Notes under the pieces: generated by a model
What the model saw: the letters and a program-made list of their open reading frames with translations, nothing else
What the model was told of the DNA's origin: nothing
Databases searched by the model: none
DNA from: Zootoca vivipara
Lineage: Eukaryota
Direction: 5' to 3'
Length of the DNA stretch: 64,000 nucleotides
Assembly: GCF_963506605.1 (NCBI RefSeq)
Contig: NC_083288.1
Span: forward strand, 40,424,001-40,488,000
Position numbers and translations under genes: made by a program
Shown here: positions 36,104 through 47,808 of the stretch, in pieces
Layout: each line of letters opens with the position of its first letter
Position numbering within the stretch: position 1 is the first letter of the stretch

Positions 36104-36462
36104 GCGACCCAGGTGGTGCTGTGGGTTAAACCACAGAGTCTAGGGCTTGCTGATCAGAAGGTCGGCGGTTCGAATCCCTGTGATGGGGTGAGCTCCTGTT
36201 GCTCGGTCCCAACTCCTGCCCACCTAGCAGTTTGAAAGCACATCAAAGTGCAAGTAGATAAATAGGGACTGCTCCGTCAGGAAGGTAAACGGCGTTTCCA
36301 TGCACTGCTCTGGTTTGCCAGAAGCAGCTTTGTCATGCTGGCCACATGACCCGGAAGCTGTCTGCGGGCAAACGCCGGCTCCCTCGGCCTATAGAGCGAG
36401 ATGAGCGCTGCAACCCCAGAGTCGGACACGACTGGACCTGATGGTCAGGGGCCCCTTTACCT
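36104..36462 (+). mobile_element. Sauria SINE, full length (3' half of the chimeric insertion)
   Basis: gcgacccaggtggtgctgtgggttaaacc...ggcccctttacct, followed by TSD attgttcata. Confidence 0.92.
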
Positions 36463-36699
36463 ATTGTTCATAAACGCCAATAAAGTTGGAAGGGGGTGGG
36501 GAAAATATATGGCTAAGATACAATTATCCTATCCTATATGATTACCTACTAAAATAACCCAATCTCTGAAAAAGAAGAACAGAATTTAATCTGTTTCAAA
36601 TTATGATTGATCAACTGACAATGACCTGCTTTGAAGTTGTACCTGCTCCATCTTCTATGTTGTCAGCCCTTTAGATATTTGAAGATATCCTCTCCATCT

Positions 36700-37110
36700 C
36701 CTATGTTTAGCCTGGAAAAGAGAAGACTGAGGAGACATGATAGCTATATTTTATTTATCTGAAGGGCAGTCACATGGAAGATGCAGGAAGATTGATTCCT
36801 CCTGCTCCAGATGGTAGGACCGAAACAAATGGATTCAAATTACAAGATAGGACTGTCAAACTAATTGTCAAGAAGATCTTCCTGATGGTAAGAGCTGTTC
36901 AACAGTGGAGGGGGGTGGACACTCCTTCACTGGAGTGTTTAAAGGAGAGGCTGAAGGGACGACAGAGGATGAGATGGTTGGACAATATTCTCGAAGCTAC
37001 TAACATGAGTTTGACCAAAGTGCAGGAGGCAGTGGAAGACAGGAGTGTCTGGCGTGCTCTGGTCCATGGGGTCACAAAAGTCAGACATGATTAAGTGACT
37101 AAAGAACAAC
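36700..37110 (+). mobile_element. CR1 3' fragment plus BovB 3' end (paralog about 45960-46376)
   Basis: LRRHD/GDM, NGFKLQ, then GRQRMRWLDNILEATNMSLTK. Confidence 0.8.
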
Positions 37111-37114
37111 AGGG

Positions 37115-37585
37115 TGTCACGGTCCGGTCGGTGGGCGAGTGAAGCCCTGACTGAGGACGTCAGGACCAGAGGCAAGATGGTGATGTAGAAGCAGGAACAG
37201 GTCAGGGCTGAGGGTCCAGCAGCAGGCAGTCGCAGGGTCAAGGAGCAAGGAGTCGGCAAGGCAAGGGTCCAAGGGTCGAGGATCAAGGCGTCGGCAAGGC
37301 GAGGGTCCAAGGAGCAAGAGGCCAGAGGCAACCAGGCAGGGATAGCGTTGCTGTGGCAAAGAGCTGAAGGGAAATGCTGAGCTTTTATCCCTCCCAGCTC
37401 CTGCCACCAGGTGCAGTGAGGTATCAAGTGGCCTCACCTGTGCGGCCACTCCTTGCCTCTCCAGCACAAGCTGAGGTCTTCACCTGTGTGGCCACTCCTT
37501 GCTTCTCCAGCACAAGCTGAGGCAGGCCCCAGTCCTGCAAAGCACTACAGGCCCCGGTGCCTGACTCCTGCCCATACTCCTGACA
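37115..37585 (-). mobile_element. Solo LTR (471 bp, probably Gypsy-type)
   Basis: TGTCA...TGACA termini; 5-bp TSD caggg; empty paralogous site at about 46375-46379; TATA-like gggataaaag on the - strand. Confidence 0.88.
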
Positions 37586-38053
37586 CAGGGTGACCATGTG
37601 CCATGGATGCTTTGAGATTCCTGAATTACCGGGGAGGGTGCTGAATTAGATGACCCTCAGGCTACTGTCCAACCCTGCTATATCTAAGCATGATATCACA
37701 GTTTGAGTTTCAGATGAGGTCCAGGAAAATCCACTTTCAAAGTCCCCACTCAGCCAATCACACAATTCAACTTACCTCACAGGATTATTGTGGGGGTAAA
37801 GTGTGTCTGTGTGGTTTTGTGTAAATTGCCTTAAGATTGAAGAGTGCAATAAAAATGAAGTAAATAAATCATAGAAACATGGAATCATATATGTAATGTT
37901 ATTTCTTCACACTGAAATGTTAGCGGAATGACAAGCATAAATAGATGCCACTATTAATTACCTGTTTGGACTTTTGTTCTAACATGTTGAGATGTGTTGT
38001 GTAATCCAGTTTCACTCTCAATAAAATCTGCCACACCACTGGTTTTTTTAATA

Positions 38054-38212
38054 CCGTGTTTCTCCAAAAAAATAAGCCATACCCCGAAAATAAGCCACAC
38101 CCTGAAAATAAGCCATACCCCGAAAATAAGCCATAGTGATAGGCAGTTTAACCTTGTAGGTTTTTGAGGAAAAATAAATATAAGACGGTGTCTTATTTTT
38201 GGAGAAACACGG
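38054..38212. mobile_element. Pogo/Tigger-type MITE (relative at about 48231-48475)
   Basis: TA-flanked ccgtgtttctccaaaaaataag / cttatttttggagaaacacgg; internal tandem aaaataagccatacccc; absent in unit B. Confidence 0.85.
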
Positions 38213-40762
38213 TAGTTGTGTTTCTTACTTCTGATCTGTGAACATCTGTCTCTTCAACTTTCCCCTCTCCATTTATCACTTTTCCACTTCTAGGGGGGAA
38301 AACCCACTCCATTTCCAACCCCAGAAAATGCAAGTTGCACACAAGTTTTCTGATGTAAATTACTATAGTTTTTAATCACTTCCCGACTCCAGTGTGGGAC
38401 GCGGGTGGCAATGTGGTTTTTGTTTTTGTTCTGCTGTATTTCTTTAGCTGTTGCTAATGGGTTCAATAGAACTTCCATGGAGTGAATTTTTAGATATCCC
38501 AGAAGGAGCATTTTAGGATTGGAATGGATACAATATCCCCTAATTTTGGTGAAAATACTATGGAATGTACCCCAGGAGGTCTCAATGACAGGACATTCAC
38601 AATCTATGGACATAATATATGCCTAGGTTACGATATCCAATGCTGTTATATATCCCCCCCTATACAGTTAAATGCAATCTTAACATAATGTTAACATACT
38701 GTTGTGAGTTGGGGATGTGTTGTGTAATCCAGTCTCACTGTCAATAAACTCTTGTCACACCATTGTGGGTTTTTTTAATACAGTAGTAGTGTTTCTTACT
38801 TCTATGAACATGAATGCCTCTTCAAGTTTCCACTCTTCATTAACCACTTTTCAGCATCTAGAGGGGAAACCCACTCACTTCATTTTCAAACCCAAGAAAT
38901 GCAAGTTTCACACAAGTCTTTCTATGCAAATTACCAGCGTTTTCAAATATCACCTCCCCACTCTGGTATATTGCATGTCCACTCCACACACTGAAAAACA
39001 AGTATTTGCAAGATGACAAATGATCCACAGAGAGTAGATTAGGAGGAGGAAACTTCACAAAGCAGTGTGCTACTGCCAAACAGCATGACAATCTGAAACT
39101 AGCAGGATGCTCTTAGCTCCCTTTCCCTGCGGGTGTCACTCAGAACTGATTCCCTCCATACAACGATTTCTAAAACTCCTGTGGAAAACACACGTCGGTA
39201 GCAGGGATAATTAATAAAGCATTCAATATCCACTAACTCTGGCAACACTTTTTTTTTAATGTCGACAGGCCTGCGTAACTGTTTAATGCAGTCACTCTAA
39301 TGAGAATTATTTCTTGCTTTTATGATGTTTTAGATTTTATCGTATACATTGTTATACACAGCCATGTTACGTTGTACAATACAGTCGCACCTCGGTTTAA
39401 GTACGCTTCGGTTTGAGTACTTTCAGTTTAAGTACTCCGCAGACCCGCCTGGAACGGATTAATCCACTTTGCATTACTTTCAATGGGAAAGTTCGCTTCA
39501 GGTTAAGTACGCTTCAGGTTAAGTACAGACTTCCGGAACCAATTGTGTACTTAAACCGAGGAACCATTGTATATAAACGCTTTTCTAAATAAACGAAACA
39601 AACAATCCCCTGGTATTTCAGACCTAATTTGGGCCAAGTTTTAAATCCACATCACTGGAATTTATCCTTCTTTTATCACAGGTGGGAGAACGAGCGAGCG
39701 TCCGATTCCTGCCATTTCAGATGGAAGACAAAACATCTGTTCTCCCTTGGCATCTACTTTTCTATATGGAGGAAATTGTCTTCTATAGAGGAGAGTTCCT
39801 TCTAGAGTTGAAATCTGACATGGTAGAGCCCCTCCCCCCCGGGTAACCACATAATTGAGCAGGAAGCACTAGGGATGGTGCATAGCGCCTTCCAAATTGG
39901 CCTTATGTGTGCTAATCCCTATGAGAGTCCTGGGGACTTCAAATCCATACACTTTGGATGACATCTTATTACTCTTGGTGGCATTATTTTTACATCACCA
40001 TGCACGCAGAGATAAATGTTAACAATGCTCTTTGGGACTCATTAAGGAGTAAGAAAGAATTACATGGTCCCATTTTTGGAGGAGAGAAGTGTGTACGGCT
40101 ATAGTTAAATTTCAATATCAATATTTGCAGGCACCACAATCTCCCTGTGGTTTTAGGATCACTATGGGGCTTGGGCATCATCCTGGAGGTCGCTGAGTAC
40201 CATCAGTTATAGACATTTTTATGGACAGTCTTCAAACACATGGGGCCAGCTTCCTCGGGTTGAGTCTTCATGCTTGCCCTTAGTCCCTGGACTCAGCCGT
40301 GACTTATGCTGGGATGGGAGAAAGAAGGTGGCTCTGAGCATATAGAAAGTGCCTACCCCCGTTGAATACTACCCCATTGAATACTGTTGCCACCCCCACA
40401 TGACTAAGGGATTCTAGGCAGGAGGTTCAGAAACTGACCTCTCTACTCAGGCCCCACTTATTTTCTGTTACATGGAATTTGTTCTTTCGCCATTGAAAGC
40501 TAAGGCCACTTAAGCATAGTCACAGCTCCTGCCTGGCTGCTATTCTCCTGGGTTTTGTGTAAAACCTGGAGAAAATCCGTTCCATCCTCTGGTGAAATGG
40601 AGCACATAAAACATGGGCTGGACTTCCTTGACATTCTAGGGAGTCATGTATTCAAAAAGTCATAATAATGGAAGTGTAGAGTTGGACAATTATTCACAGG
40701 ACTGGAGCTTATGGGTGCTGGAAAATCACCTATCACTTTGTCTTGACATTGGTCATGGGAGG

Positions 40763-41953
40763 ACTTCCGGTTTCGCTCGTCGGGAGAATGGCTGACCTTT
40801 ACCATCTCTCCGACCCCCATGGGGGAATCTGGCGGCTGCTAGGGGAGTAAAGCAGCCTCCCCACCCTCCTGGGATGACGGGAGGGGCCGCAGGCCCGCAG
40901 ATGCCCCTTAACCCACCCCAATCTTTCGAGGGGTAGGGGCCCTGGGCCAAGCACCCATGGGGGCTGGAACTCTTGGAGGCCACCCTGTTCGAGCGCGATC
41001 TCCATAATTTAAGAGGAATAATTGGATTTAAATTTATGGACATGCTTCAAAAGACGGGGGAGAAGATACTGCCAGAAATTCCAGCTGCTGAGTGATAAGA
41101 GGGACTGAACAAAAAGGGAAGTGAATTTTTCTTTTTCTTTTTTCAAGATGTACTCACCACCTTCCTTTGACGGACGGTCCGTAGACTTTAGAACAAACGA
41201 GAAGTTAGGAAACAAACTGTGTGGATATTGGAGTTTATATAATAGAGGATTGTGATTTTGTATGTTTCTGGAAGTTATTTTGTTAAGTCTGTAAGAGCAA
41301 AGGCTCCCCAAGTGGATTCACGATCTCTGACACACTTTAAATTCGAACAAGATAAGAGCCGTGGAAGGAGGCAGAGGAGCAGTTAAAGGGCGGGGGAGCC
41401 ATAAATTTGTTATGAGAAGATCGTTAATATTTGTTTTGGGCTGATCTCCGTCTGGAAAAACTGTGACCCTGCAAATGGTGGATTTATGGAGCAGAAGCCG
41501 GAATACAACATTTGAGATCTGCAAGATGGCGCCTGCTCCTGTTTGAATGTCGGAGCAGCTGGGGAAACATTCCAGTTTGCAAAATAAGGATTTATGGGGA
41601 GGCTGGACTGGTCTGGACAAAAAATCCACACAGGAAAAGTGTCTTTGTGTTTAATCTTGTTTGATATTTATCTCAGAAGCTGTGATAAAGAGGAAGATTA
41701 AAACAAGAAAGAACTGTTGGAAAAGATCGGGAATATAATGGACTATAATGATAAGATTTTGAAATTTGGACTAGGATGGCAGCAGGTACCGTTATCCAGA
41801 ATCCCCAGAATTTGAAGCATGGGAAGTCAATTTTTTTAATGATTTGGCATAATATTTGGTTTAATTAATATGCATTTGTATAATTTGGAATAATTGATAT
41901 GATATAATTGGTTTGTAATTGAAAAATTTAATAAAAACTGTTTTCATAAAAAA
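40763..41953 (+). mobile_element. About 1.2-kb non-autonomous L1-type retroelement inserted in an OR promoter block
   Basis: TSD gacattggtcat(gggagg) at 40745-40762 and 41954-41971; GC-rich 5' head acttccgg...aatggc; AATAAA plus A-rich tail; absent from unit A. Confidence 0.75.
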
Positions 41954-42139
41954 GACATTGGTCATGGGAGGGAAACAGGTGCTTCCTGGCACTGCTGGTG
42001 TGCTCTGGGGCCTGCTATTCCCTTGAGCTCCTCACGTCGAGACTTAAAAGAGAAGGTTGAAGCTGTCGGAGGAACAGGCAATCCTTCCTTGATCTCAAGG
42101 CAGATGGAGAGGCATTCTTAAGAGTGACTGTTTGATGAA

Positions 42140-42163
42140 ATGGAAACGCACAAATCATTGACC
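42140..42163 (+). CDS. Predicted upstream mini-exon of OR5V1-like copy 4 (METHKSLT)
   Basis: Coding part identical to 33654-33677; GTGAGT donor at 42164. Confidence 0.6.
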
Positions 42164-42983
42164 GTGAGTATTAGAAGATACAAGCTTAAAGGGGCCATCC
42201 TTGTGGCTTAAAGGCTTAACCTAGCAGTTCGAAAGCACGTCAAAGTGCAAGTAGATAAATAGGTACAGTTCCAGCGGGGAGGTAAACAGCGTTTCCGTGC
42301 GCTGCTCTGGTTCGCCAGAAGTGGCTTAGTCATGCTGGCCACATGACCTGGAAGCTGTACGCCAGCTCCCTCGGCCAATAACACGAGATGAGTGCCGCAA
42401 CCCCAGAGTTGGTCACAACTGGACCTAATGGTCAGGGGTCCCTTTACCTTTTAAGAGAGGAAGATATATGTTTGGTAATTTTATAAGTTTGACGAAATGA
42501 GACTCATATATCAAGGCAGGTGTACATGGAATGGGGGCCGTACACAGAATGTTGTAGAAGGGATGCTCAGCTGAATAAAAATATGGTTTAGATGAGGTGA
42601 AAATCCATATAAGGGCAATACTATGATCAGGCCAACCAAAATGCAATGAAATGGTGTGGAGGCCTTTGAGTTCTTCAGAACTTTTCATCAGGTAATAATA
42701 ACGGCAGGGATAGGACAAATAAATCAGGTTCATGGTCGAACAATAAAGTCTTCATGTGGTGACAGGCGCACAAGAGAGAATGTGAATCCAGTTGTAAATA
42801 ATGACCCAGCAGTTGACCAGGAGGAAGAGGATCTGGCAGTGAGTATATAAAACTATCAGTCTCCATGTTCCCCGCAGTTAGTTAACAACTCCCTGCCAAG
42901 CCCTGTAGCTTGAGTACACGTGTTCCAGCTTCCACACCGGGTGTTGGCCATTGACAATATCACCACTTACAGGTAATGCACAA

Positions 42984-43495
42984 TGATCCCCAAAAAGGAC
43001 ACTACATTCTTTCTGCATGCCACAACTGCTGCGAGGCTACTACTTGCGAAGAATTGGAAGAGTCAAGACATACCAACTATAGATGACTGACAAATGAAGA
43101 TGATAGACTTTATGGAACTTGCCGAACTGACTGGGAGACTCCGCGACCGGGAAGAAGAGGAGGTGGAGGAAGATTGGAAGAAATTTAAGTTATATCTTGG
43201 AAAATATTGTAATATTCAATATCCTTTAGTGAAAGTGTTAGAGGCTGTCGGTGTAAATATAGATAATAGCTTAAGTTTAAAGAATCCTTTTTTACAGGTA
43301 GATTTTGATGAGGTATTGAATTCTGGAACTGCCAAAGATGATTTGATATGAAATTCAGATGGAGGGGATTAGGGGGAGTCACACACCACTGTCCAAGAAA
43401 AATTATGAATTTATTAGTAATATTTGTGTTTGTTTGTTTTTATGTTTGTTTCTTTGTTTTTGCTTGTAAAATGAATAAATATTATTATTAAAAAA
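42984..43495 (+). mobile_element. 5'-truncated L1 LINE
   Basis: ORF2 C-terminus (AARLLLAKNWKSQDIPT..W..W); A-rich tail; 16-bp TSD tacaggtaatgcacaa/tacatgtaatgcacaa. Confidence 0.85.
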
Positions 43496-43850
43496 TACAT
43501 GTAATGCACAAAGAGGTTCTGACGGGTCTCAGCAATTTAAGGACCTAAAAATGACTTTGTCAGATGATCTGATCTAAGAACCATCTAATTAAGCATTGTG
43601 TTTTCTCACACAGGCCAAACATTGGTCTCTGTGAAATTCAGGTACAGGGTATGAATGTGATCACTAGGAAGTCATCTTTGCTTCTCAGAGTTATAAAGTG
43701 TCTGGGCAGGGACCTTCTATTCCTGCTTAGTATGACTAAAGGCTAAATGCCTAACACCTTGAAAGCAAAGAATGCCTTAACTTGTGTATGCCTGTAGCCT
43801 CCAACATGTTTATTATCTCACATTTTTGCTTTCAAATACTTGCAGGAAAG

Positions 43851-44777
43851 ATGGAGAACATCACCGTGGGGACAGAATTCATCTTAATTGGCCTTTCTGA
43901 TCTCCCAGCTGTCCGCTTCTCCCTCTTTGCTGCCTTTTCGCTCATCTACCTGGTCACCCTGGTGGGGAACGGCACCATTCTTCTTGCCATAGGAGCTGAC
44001 TCTCACCTGCACAACCCCATGTATTTCTTCCTGACTAACCTTTCCCTGCTGGACATCTTCTGCCCCACAGCTACAGTGCCCAAGATGCTGGAGAACCTCT
44101 TGTCAGAGAAAAATACCATTTCCTTTGTTGGCTGTGTGCTGCAGCTCTACTTCCTGGTAGCCTTGGCAGGGACGGAGGTCTTCCTCTTAGCTGCCATGGC
44201 TTATGACCGCTATGTGGCCATATGCAACCCTCTGCGATACACGGTCATCATGAGCAAGAAGCTGTGTCTTCAGATGGCTGCTGGTACATGGGTCACAGGG
44301 TTCCTCAACTCCTTGCTGCACACAGTCATGACTTTCACTCTACCTTATTGTAAATCTAATAGAGTCAATCAATACTACTGTGACATCCCTCCAGTCTTGG
44401 CCTTATCATGTGCTTCCACCTATGCAGCTGAGATGGTTGTCTTCATTGTTGGTGGGATTTTGGGTGTGGGGGCTTTTCTGGTGACATCAGTCTCCTACAT
44501 CCACATCATCTCCACCATCCTTCGGATCCGTTCTTCTGAAGGGAAACGCAAGGCCTTCTCCACTTGCGCCTCCCATCTTACGGTGGTGTGCCTCTTCTAT
44601 GGGACAATCTTCTTCACTTACTTAAGGCCTTCCTCCAGCCACCATTCAGATCAGGACAGGCTGGTGAGCATGTTGTATGGGGTGATAACCCCCATGTTGA
44701 ACCCCTTGATCTACAGTCTCAGGAACAAGGAGGTTAAAGGGGCTTTGATGAGGGTCATCGTTCATAAATGCCAATAA
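43851..44777 (+). CDS. OR5V1-like olfactory receptor copy 4 (308 aa from ATG 43851)
   Basis: Intact OR motifs; leader shortened by 19 nt relative to paralogs. Confidence 0.92.
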   Translation: MENITVGTEFILIGLSDLPAVRFSLFAAFSLIYLVTLVGNGTILLAIGADSHLHNPMYFFLTNLSLLDIFCPTATVPKMLENLLSEKNTISFVGCVLQLYFLVALAGTEVFLLAAMAYDRYVAICNPLRYTVIMSKKLCLQMAAGTWVTGFLNSLLHTVMTFTLPYCKSNRVNQYYCDIPPVLALSCASTYAAEMVVFIVGGILGVGAFLVTSVSYIHIISTILRIRSSEGKRKAFSTCASHLTVVCLFYGTIFFTYLRPSSSHHSDQDRLVSMLYGVITPMLNPLIYSLRNKEVKGALMRVIVHKCQ

Positions 44778-44828
44778 AGTTGGAAGGGGGTGAGATATAT
44801 GGCTAAGATACAATTATCCTATCCTATA

Positions 44829-45300
44829 TCCTTGCCAACAAAGGTCCGTATAGTAAAACTATGGTTTTCCCAGTAGTGATGTATGGAAATGAGAGCTGGA
44901 CCATAAAGAAGGCTGATCGCCGAAGAATTGATGCTTTTGAATTATGGTGCTGGAGGAGACTCTTGAGAGTCCTATGGACTGCAAGAAGATCAAACCTATC
45001 CATTCTGAAGGAAATCAGCCCTGAGTGCTCACTGGAAGGACAGATCCTGAAGCTGAGGCTGCAATACTTTGGCCACCTCATGAGGAGAGAAGACTCTCTG
45101 GAAAAGACCCTGATGTCGGGAAAGATGGAGGACACAAGGAGAAGGGGACGACAGAGGATGAGATGGTTGGACAGTGTCCTCGAAGCTACGAACATGAGTT
45201 TGACCAAACTGCGGGAGGCAGTGGAAGACAGGAGTGCCTGCCGTGCTATGGTCCATGGGGTCACGAAGAGTCGGACACGACTAAACGACTAAACAACAAC
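44829..45300 (+). mobile_element. BovB/RTE LINE 3' fragment
   Basis: ORF 44861..45292 is a BovB-like RT C-terminus ([29 protein letters not shown]). Confidence 0.92.
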
Positions 45301-45322
45301 ATGCTGGTATGTAAGATGCTAT

Positions 45323-45368
<46 letters not shown>

Positions 45369-47028
45369 CAAAGCAGTTTATAGCAATTGTATACACACAA
45401 TTTTTTTAAAAAAGGATTACTAGCTATTATGGAAAATGTTTTTCTTAATTGCTTCCATAAGCCTGAGAGCAAAGAGACGTTTTCAGGAAACATATACAGG
45501 TAAATATGGAAGACACTTGCTAGAAGCTTTCCCTTTCAATGGACAAGAGGTGGTGTTGGTCATGTTTTTTCTTTTAAGGTGATTGATGTAACATGCAGTT
45601 TGGCCCATAGGGTCTATAAACAGGTGTCGCCATCTGGCAGTCCCTTTCTCCAATGCTGCTCAGATACTGTGGCCAATATATTCAGGATGGGTTGAGGCAT
45701 GCTTTCTGCTACTTTTCTCTTTGTGTCTGATACTTGCTCTTGGGAGAAATAAATGACTAAACAACTAAACAACAACAACAATATCATTATCTACTAAACT
45801 AACCCAATCTCTGAAAAAGAAGAACAGAATTTAATCTGTTTTAAATTATGAGTGATCAACTGACAATGACCTGCTTTGAAGTTGTCACCTGACATGAGTT
45901 TGCTCCATCTTCTATGTTGTCAGTGCTTTAGATATTTGAAGATAGATATCCTCTCCGTCTCCTATGTTTAGCCTATCTTCAGCCAGAGAAGACTGAGGAG
46001 ACATGACAGCTATCTTTAATTATCTAAAGGGCTGTCACATGGAAGATGCAGGAAGATTGATTCCTCCTGCTCCAGATGGTAGGACTGAAACAAATGGATT
46101 CAAATTACAAGACAGGACTGTCAAACTAATTGTCAAGAAGATCTTCCTGATGGTAAGAGCTGTTCAACAGTGGAGGGGGGTGGACCCTCCTTCACTGGAG
46201 TGTTTAAAGGAGAGGCTGAAGGGACGACAGAGGATGAGATGGTTGGACAATATTCTCGAAGCTACTAACATGAGTTTGACCAAACTGCAGGAGGCAGTGG
46301 AAGACAGGAGCGCCTGGCGTGCTATGGTCCATGGGGTCACAAAAGTCAGACATGACTAAACGACTAAACAACAACAGGGTGACAAATTGCCATGGATGCT
46401 TTGAGATTCCTGAATTACAGGAGAGGGTGTTGAATTAGATGACCCTCAGGCTACCGTCCAACTCTGCTGTATCCAAGCATGATATCACAGTTTGAGTTTC
46501 AGATGAAGTCCAGGAAAATCCACTTTCAAAGCCCCACTCACCCAATCACACAATTCAACTTACCTCACAGGATTATTGTGGGGGTAAAGTGTGTCTGTGT
46601 GGTTTTGTGTAAATTGCCTTAAGATTGAAGGGTGCCATAAAAATGAAGTAAATAAATCATAGAAACATGAAATCATATATGTAATCTTAATTCTTCACAC
46701 TGAAATGTTAGCGGAATGACAAACATAAATAGATGCCACTATTAATTATCTGTTTGGACTTTTGTTCTAACATGTTGAGATGTGTTGTGTAATCCAGTTT
46801 CACTTTCAATAAAATCTGCCACACCACTGTTTTTTTTTATATATAGTTGTGTTTCTTACTTCTGATCTGTGAACATGAACGTCTCTTCAACTTTCCCCTC
46901 TTCATTTATCACTTTTCAACTTCTAGCGGGGAAAACCCACTCCATTTCCAACCCCAGAAAATGCGAGTTGCACACAAGTTTTCTGATGTAAATTACTATA
47001 GTTTTTAATCACTTCCCCACTCCAGTGT

Positions 47029-47606
47029 GGGACGCGGGTGGCACTGTGGTCTAAACCACAGAGCCTAGGGCTTGCCAATCAGAAGGTCGGCGGTTCGAAT
47101 CCCTGCGATGGGTTGAGTTCCTGCTGCTTGGTCCCTGCTCCTGCCAACCTAGAAGTTCTAACGGACGTCAAAGTGCAAGTAGATAAATAGGTACCACTCC
47201 GGCGGGAAGGTAAATGGCATTTCTGTGCGCTGCTCTGGTTCACCAGAAGTGGCTTAGTCATGCTGGCCGCATGACCCGGAAGCTGTACGCCGGCTCCCTC
47301 GGCCAGTAAAGTGAGATGAGCGCCGCGACCCCAGAGTCGTTCACAACTGGACCTAATGGTCAGGGCGGAGTTTCATGCAATGCTAGTGGCGGAGTTTCAT
47401 GCTCCGGCACCAGGGGCGGGCGTGCCTCCTGGAGGGCCTGGGCACGTGTTCCAGGGCCGTGGCGTGCCTCCGGGGGGCATGGCACGCCTCCCGGAGGGGC
47501 GTGGCACACGTTCCCAGGGTGGGCGCCCGCAATGGCGCCCCTTGGAGCCCGCCGCTTGGGGCGGCCCACCCCCACTGCCCCTATCTTCCTATGCCCCTGC
47601 CTTTTA
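47029..47606 (+). mobile_element. Sauria SINE with a GC-rich hAT-like insertion (about 47361-47599) in its tail
   Basis: 12-bp TSD ccactccagtgt at 47017-47028 and 47607-47618. Confidence 0.85.
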
Positions 47607-47618
47607 CCACTCCAGTGT

Positions 47619-47808
47619 ATAGAATCATGGAATTATAGGGTTGGAAGGTGCCCCGAGGGTCATCTAGTCCAACCCCCTTCAATACAGAAATCTCAGCTAA
47701 AGCATCCACCATGACAGATGGCCACCCAACATCTGCTTGAAAACCTCCAAGGAACGAGAGTTCACAACCTCCCGTGGGCGACCGCTCCGTGGTTGAACTC
47801 TCTTACTA
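47619..47808 (-). mobile_element. CR1 3' end
   Basis: Reverse complement ends ggttggactagatgacc...ccttccaac...gattctat. Confidence 0.75.

Larger units (their letters stand above)
30890..47051 (+). repeat. Tandem segmental duplication: unit A about 30890-38418, unit B about 38435-47051, each with one OR
   Basis: Collinear near-identical flanks, e.g. 31360-33490 vs 38715-40760, 33490-34930 vs 41954-43845 and 36480-38418 vs 45780-47051. Confidence 0.88.

Noticed and set aside
43782-43850. ORF-track N-terminal extensions of ORs (43782, and TTG starts at 28585, 34923, 50558, 14324)
   Set aside because: They begin in intronic acceptor sequence or at non-ATG codons; the spliced model fits better.
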